Source: Cyanobacteriota bacterium (GTDB taxonomy: Bacteria > Cyanobacteriota > Cyanobacteriia > Thermostichales > Thermostichaceae). From it: a DNA stretch of 64,000 nt. This document shows positions 62,724 to 64,000 of this stretch, one piece after another (position 1 is the stretch's first letter; each line of letters opens with the position of its first letter). The stretch covers positions 32,001-96,000 of the forward strand of contig JANRIL010000038.1 in the NCBI GenBank assembly GCA_033764955.1, in the 5' to 3' direction. The notes beneath the pieces are model-generated. The model did no database searches, was not told the DNA's origin, and saw only the letters and a list, made by a program, of their open reading frames with translations. Position numbers and translations under genes: made by a program.

Positions 62724-63772
62724 GCGTCTAGCAACACTTGCCGATGCTGCTCAGCCTGACTTGCCCAGGTTTGGCGCTCCTCCCACGACAGCGGGGATCC
62801 CTCGTAATAGTGGTGTAACCAGGCTTCTTGGATCGAATCGGCCTCCCCAGGGAGTTCTTCCAGATCCCATCCCGGCATGTCGAGTGCCGTCAACAAATGA
62901 CGCACCTTGGGGTCATAACTCACCGCAAAACAACGGCAGCCTTCCGCCGCCGCCATCACCAAGCCGTGATAACGCATCGTAATAGTCAGGCGCATTTTGC
63001 CCAAAAAGCCCTTCAGGTAACGGGGATCCCGTAGTAGTAGAAGATGGCTGGGGTTGGGCAACTGGGCTTGCAACTGTTCGGCCAACTGCTGATCGGGGCT
63101 AGGGGGAGCATGGGGGGCGGCCAACTGAAAGGGCACGAAGAAGAGGGGAGCTTCTGTCTTAGCTTGCAATCGTTGTAAAGCAGTGCGGATGACGGCCAAA
63201 CGAGCTGGGGTGAGATGGGGATGGGTGCGTAAAACCACAGCTATGCCGCCCTCAGGCCAATCGACCCCAGCCGGATCGGCTAACCCCTGCAACGCCCACA
63301 CCGGATCGGGAGCCAGTTGATAAGGGATCCCCCATCCCTCAAGCAATTGAGCCGCCGCCTGATCGCGTACACTCACCCCCTGACAACCGGCTAAGCAGGC
63401 GCGTGTCCAGGCTCGATTCCACGGGCGATCAAGGGGACCAATCCCCTGTGCCCAAGCGAGGGTTCGCACCCCCCGCTGCTGCGCCATTGTCATCACGGCC
63501 AAATAATAAAGGGGACTGCGCCAACTGCTGCGATCCTGCAATAAACTTCCCCCTCCCCAAACAAACAGGTCAGCAGCCCCCAAAAGCCGCCACAGTTCCG
63601 GCAGGCTCCAACGGGAAGCACTCAACACCGGATAGGTGGCTGCGGTTACTTGCGGTTGATCCGACAACACACAGGGTTGATAGTGCTCCGGCAACATCTG
63701 CAAGAGGCTGAGCAAGAGCGCTTCATCTCCCGCATTGCCGAACCCGTAATAGCCTAAAATCACAACTCGCAT
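62720..63772 (-). CDS. csaB: Polysaccharide pyruvyl transferase CsaB
   Basis: GYYGFGNAGDEA, GGGSLLQD, AQGIGPL, SVRD, MRYHG, SYDPKV; probable ATG 63772. Confidence 0.92.
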   Translation of the reverse strand: MRVVILGYYGFGNAGDEALLLSLLQMLPEHYQPCVLSDQPQVTAATYPVLSASRWSLPELWRLLGAADLFVWGGGSLLQDRSSWRSPLYYLAVMTMAQQRGVRTLAWAQGIGPLDRPWNRAWTRACLAGCQGVSVRDQAAAQLLEGWGIPYQLAPDPVWALQGLADPAGVDWPEGGIAVVLRTHPHLTPARLAVIRTALQRLQAKTEAPLFFVPFQLAAPHAPPSPDQQLAEQLQAQLPNPSHLLLLRDPRYLKGFLGKMRLTITMRYHGLVMAAAEGCRCFAVSYDPKVRHLLTALDMPGWDLEELPGEADSIQEAWLHHYYEGSPLSWEERQTWASQAEQHRQVLLDA

Positions 63773-63834
63773 GGTGCGGATCCCTCTGGGAACTTCGAGG
63801 CGGTCAATCCGGGTTTTTATCCCTAACCAGCTCA

Positions 63835-64000
63835 CTAGCTGACAAAGGTATCGATGGCATCAGATTGATTGACTTCAAAACGGATTTGGTTTCGCCCTGC
63901 CCCCTTGGCCTCATAGAGAGCATGATCGGCGGCGGCAATCAGGTCTTCGGGGCTGTATTTTTGATCAAAAAAGGCTGTGGCGATGCCTTGGCTAAGGGTA
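63835..64000 (-). CDS. Diguanylate cyclase (GGDEF) C-terminal end, runs off the window
   Basis: Manual translation TLSQGIA...LIAAADHALYEAKGAGRNQI. Confidence 0.85.
   Translation of the reverse strand, partial: TLSQGIATAFFDQKYSPEDLIAAADHALYEAKGAGRNQIRFEVNQSDAIDTFVS

Noticed and set aside
1..64000. tRNA, rRNA or integron integrase genes
   Set aside because: None recognised by eye; a tRNAscan/Rfam run would be needed to exclude small RNAs

Overview
Cyanobacterial chromosomal window. The dense palindrome GGGATCCC, rather than canonical HIP1 GCGATCGC, suggests a Thermostichus/hot-spring Synechococcus-like lineage (inference). Most of it is housekeeping and signalling: modA, a group 2 sigma factor, pgi, rubA-ycf48, ftsH, pyk, leuS, glk, pstAB, ugd, a UDP-glucuronate decarboxylase, csaB, two large PAS/GAF kinases and a NarL-type two-component pair. 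The main accessory feature is at about 1.78-5.5 kb. Two integron attC-like sites (1782-1867, 4523-4610), with no integrase in the window, bracket a 2.7-kb cassette that has its own promoter. The cassette encodes a tandem-duplicated Phd/YefM-like protein, a RelE-like + winged-helix protein split at a GGGTTTT site, a PD-(D/E)XK nuclease and a Phd-VapC pair. This is a candidate undescribed toxin-antitoxin-derived defence system. Also seen: a decayed Mu-like prophage remnant (MuF fused to a GNAT domain, followed by gpG), a degenerate IS1-family element, TATAGC-ended miniature inverted repeats, candidate response-regulator operators, and a 47-aa lipoprotein missed by the ORF track. All family assignments are by eye from motifs; no searches were run.
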